This document shows positions 4,478 to 5,063 of a stretch of DNA of 5,063 bases, in pieces. Position numbers and translations under genes: made by a program. Every line of letters starts with the position of its first letter. Position 1 is the stretch's first letter. Source of the DNA: a virus; IMG/VR virus record IMGVR_UViG_3300020030_000021, positions 1 to 5,063 of that record; one strand, written 5' to 3'. The notes under the pieces were generated by a model, which was not told where the DNA came from, did not search any database, and saw only the letters and a list, made by a program, of their open reading frames with translations.

Positions 4478-4503
4478 GCGCCACGCCCGCCGCGTCTAGG
4501 CGC
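4478..4503 (+). other. GC-rich stem-loop between the terminator and the VP3 ribosome-binding site
   Basis: GCGCC (4478-4482) pairs with GGCGC (4499-4503). An inner stem CGC (4484-4486) pairs with GCG (4492-4494). 27 of the 33 nt in 4476-4508 are G or C, in an otherwise AT/T-rich genome. The region contains the 8-bp palindrome AGGCGCCT (4498-4505). Confidence 0.55.
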
Positions 4504-4523
4504 CTGCGAAAGGAGGTGAAACT

Positions 4524-5006
4524 ATGAAGTTTAGAACAGCTTACGATCCTGTCGAAGAACATGACCATTGCGGCATTGAATTCACCATGCCCTCCCTCAC
4601 GGTTCAGGACGAAAAGGATGAAACTGATATTAACTACATCGTTAATAAGTATGCAGATGGTCAGAAAGGTATAGCCACTCTGGACCTCGGCGATAGTTCG
4701 CAATACGCTTATCTACAGTTCGGAGATGCAACGCTCCCTGGCGACTACAGCACAGCGTTAGAGCTTGTGTCCGGAGTTCGTGAAGAATTCTACAGTCTTC
4801 CCGCTTACGTTCGAGCTAAATTCGGTCACGATCCCATGAATTTCATCCAACAATTAAATGATCCTGCAACGCTCGAATATCTCCAACAACAAGGTCTGTA
4901 TGGTAGTGAATATACCTTTGATGAACCACAACAGTCCGTAATTAATAAACAAACACAAGAAAAAAGTAACACTTTAGAACAAAATAATGAAGAAACACAA
5001 AAATAG
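4524..5006 (+). CDS. VP3: Internal scaffolding protein VP3, 160 aa
   Basis: PSLTVQDEKDETDINYIVNKY matches the conserved PS.T.Q.f.de.DIN.Iv..f block of gokushovirus VP3. The later blocks F..LPA.vR..F..dP..F and the acidic/Gln-rich tail also fit. AGGAGGTGA (4511-4519) is a full 9-nt match to the anti-SD and ends 4 nt before the ATG. Stop is TAG 5004-5006. Confidence 0.85.
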   Translation: MKFRTAYDPVEEHDHCGIEFTMPSLTVQDEKDETDINYIVNKYADGQKGIATLDLGDSSQYAYLQFGDATLPGDYSTALELVSGVREEFYSLPAYVRAKFGHDPMNFIQQLNDPATLEYLQQQGLYGSEYTFDEPQQSVINKQTQEKSNTLEQNNEETQK

Positions 5007-5063
5007 GCGTCACCGAAGCCAGTTACTTACTTGATGTAACTGGCGTAGGTGACGCAAAAATAA
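4994..5063. repeat. Second copy of the terminal overlap (identical to 1..70), including a second copy of the intergenic stem-loop at 5007..5055
   Basis: Identical to 1..70 by direct comparison. It contains the last 13 nt of VP3 plus the stem-loop. Confidence 0.95.

Noticed and set aside
4141-4703. Minus-strand ORFs 4141..4458 and 4380..4703, and the + strand ORF 4154..4378
   Set aside because: The minus-strand ORFs run antisense through VP5, the terminator and VP3, with no SD. The + ORF is another +1-frame hydrophobic overprint of VP5 without an SD.

Overview
The window is one complete circular genome of a small ssDNA phage of the Microviridae, Gokushovirinae-like. Bases 1..70 are identical to 4994..5063, so the unit length is 4,993 nt and the window is a linearised circle with a 70-nt overlap. 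All credible genes are on the + strand and tightly packed. Third codon positions are strongly T-rich, and every gene except the 80-aa ORF has a Shine-Dalgarno site. Gene order is VP1 major capsid (TTG start), VP2 pilot/minor capsid, a 79-aa membrane ORF, and a 36-aa arginine-rich VP8/J-like ORF absent from the supplied ORF track. These are followed by the VP4 HUH rolling-circle Rep, an 80-aa unknown ORF, VP5 and the VP3 scaffold. Non-coding signals include two near-consensus sigma70 promoters with extended -10 boxes, one upstream of VP4 and one upstream of the 80-aa ORF. An intrinsic terminator follows VP5, then a GC-rich hairpin. A 49-nt stem-loop lies between VP3 and VP1. The core genes are ordinary gokushovirus genes. 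The parts worth follow-up are the two accessory ORFs (a possible lysis protein and an unknown), the candidate origin hairpin, the TTGACAA enrichment and a dif-like motif. No tRNA, rRNA, CRISPR array, transposase or integrase is visible. Family assignments come from remembered conserved motifs, not from a database search.
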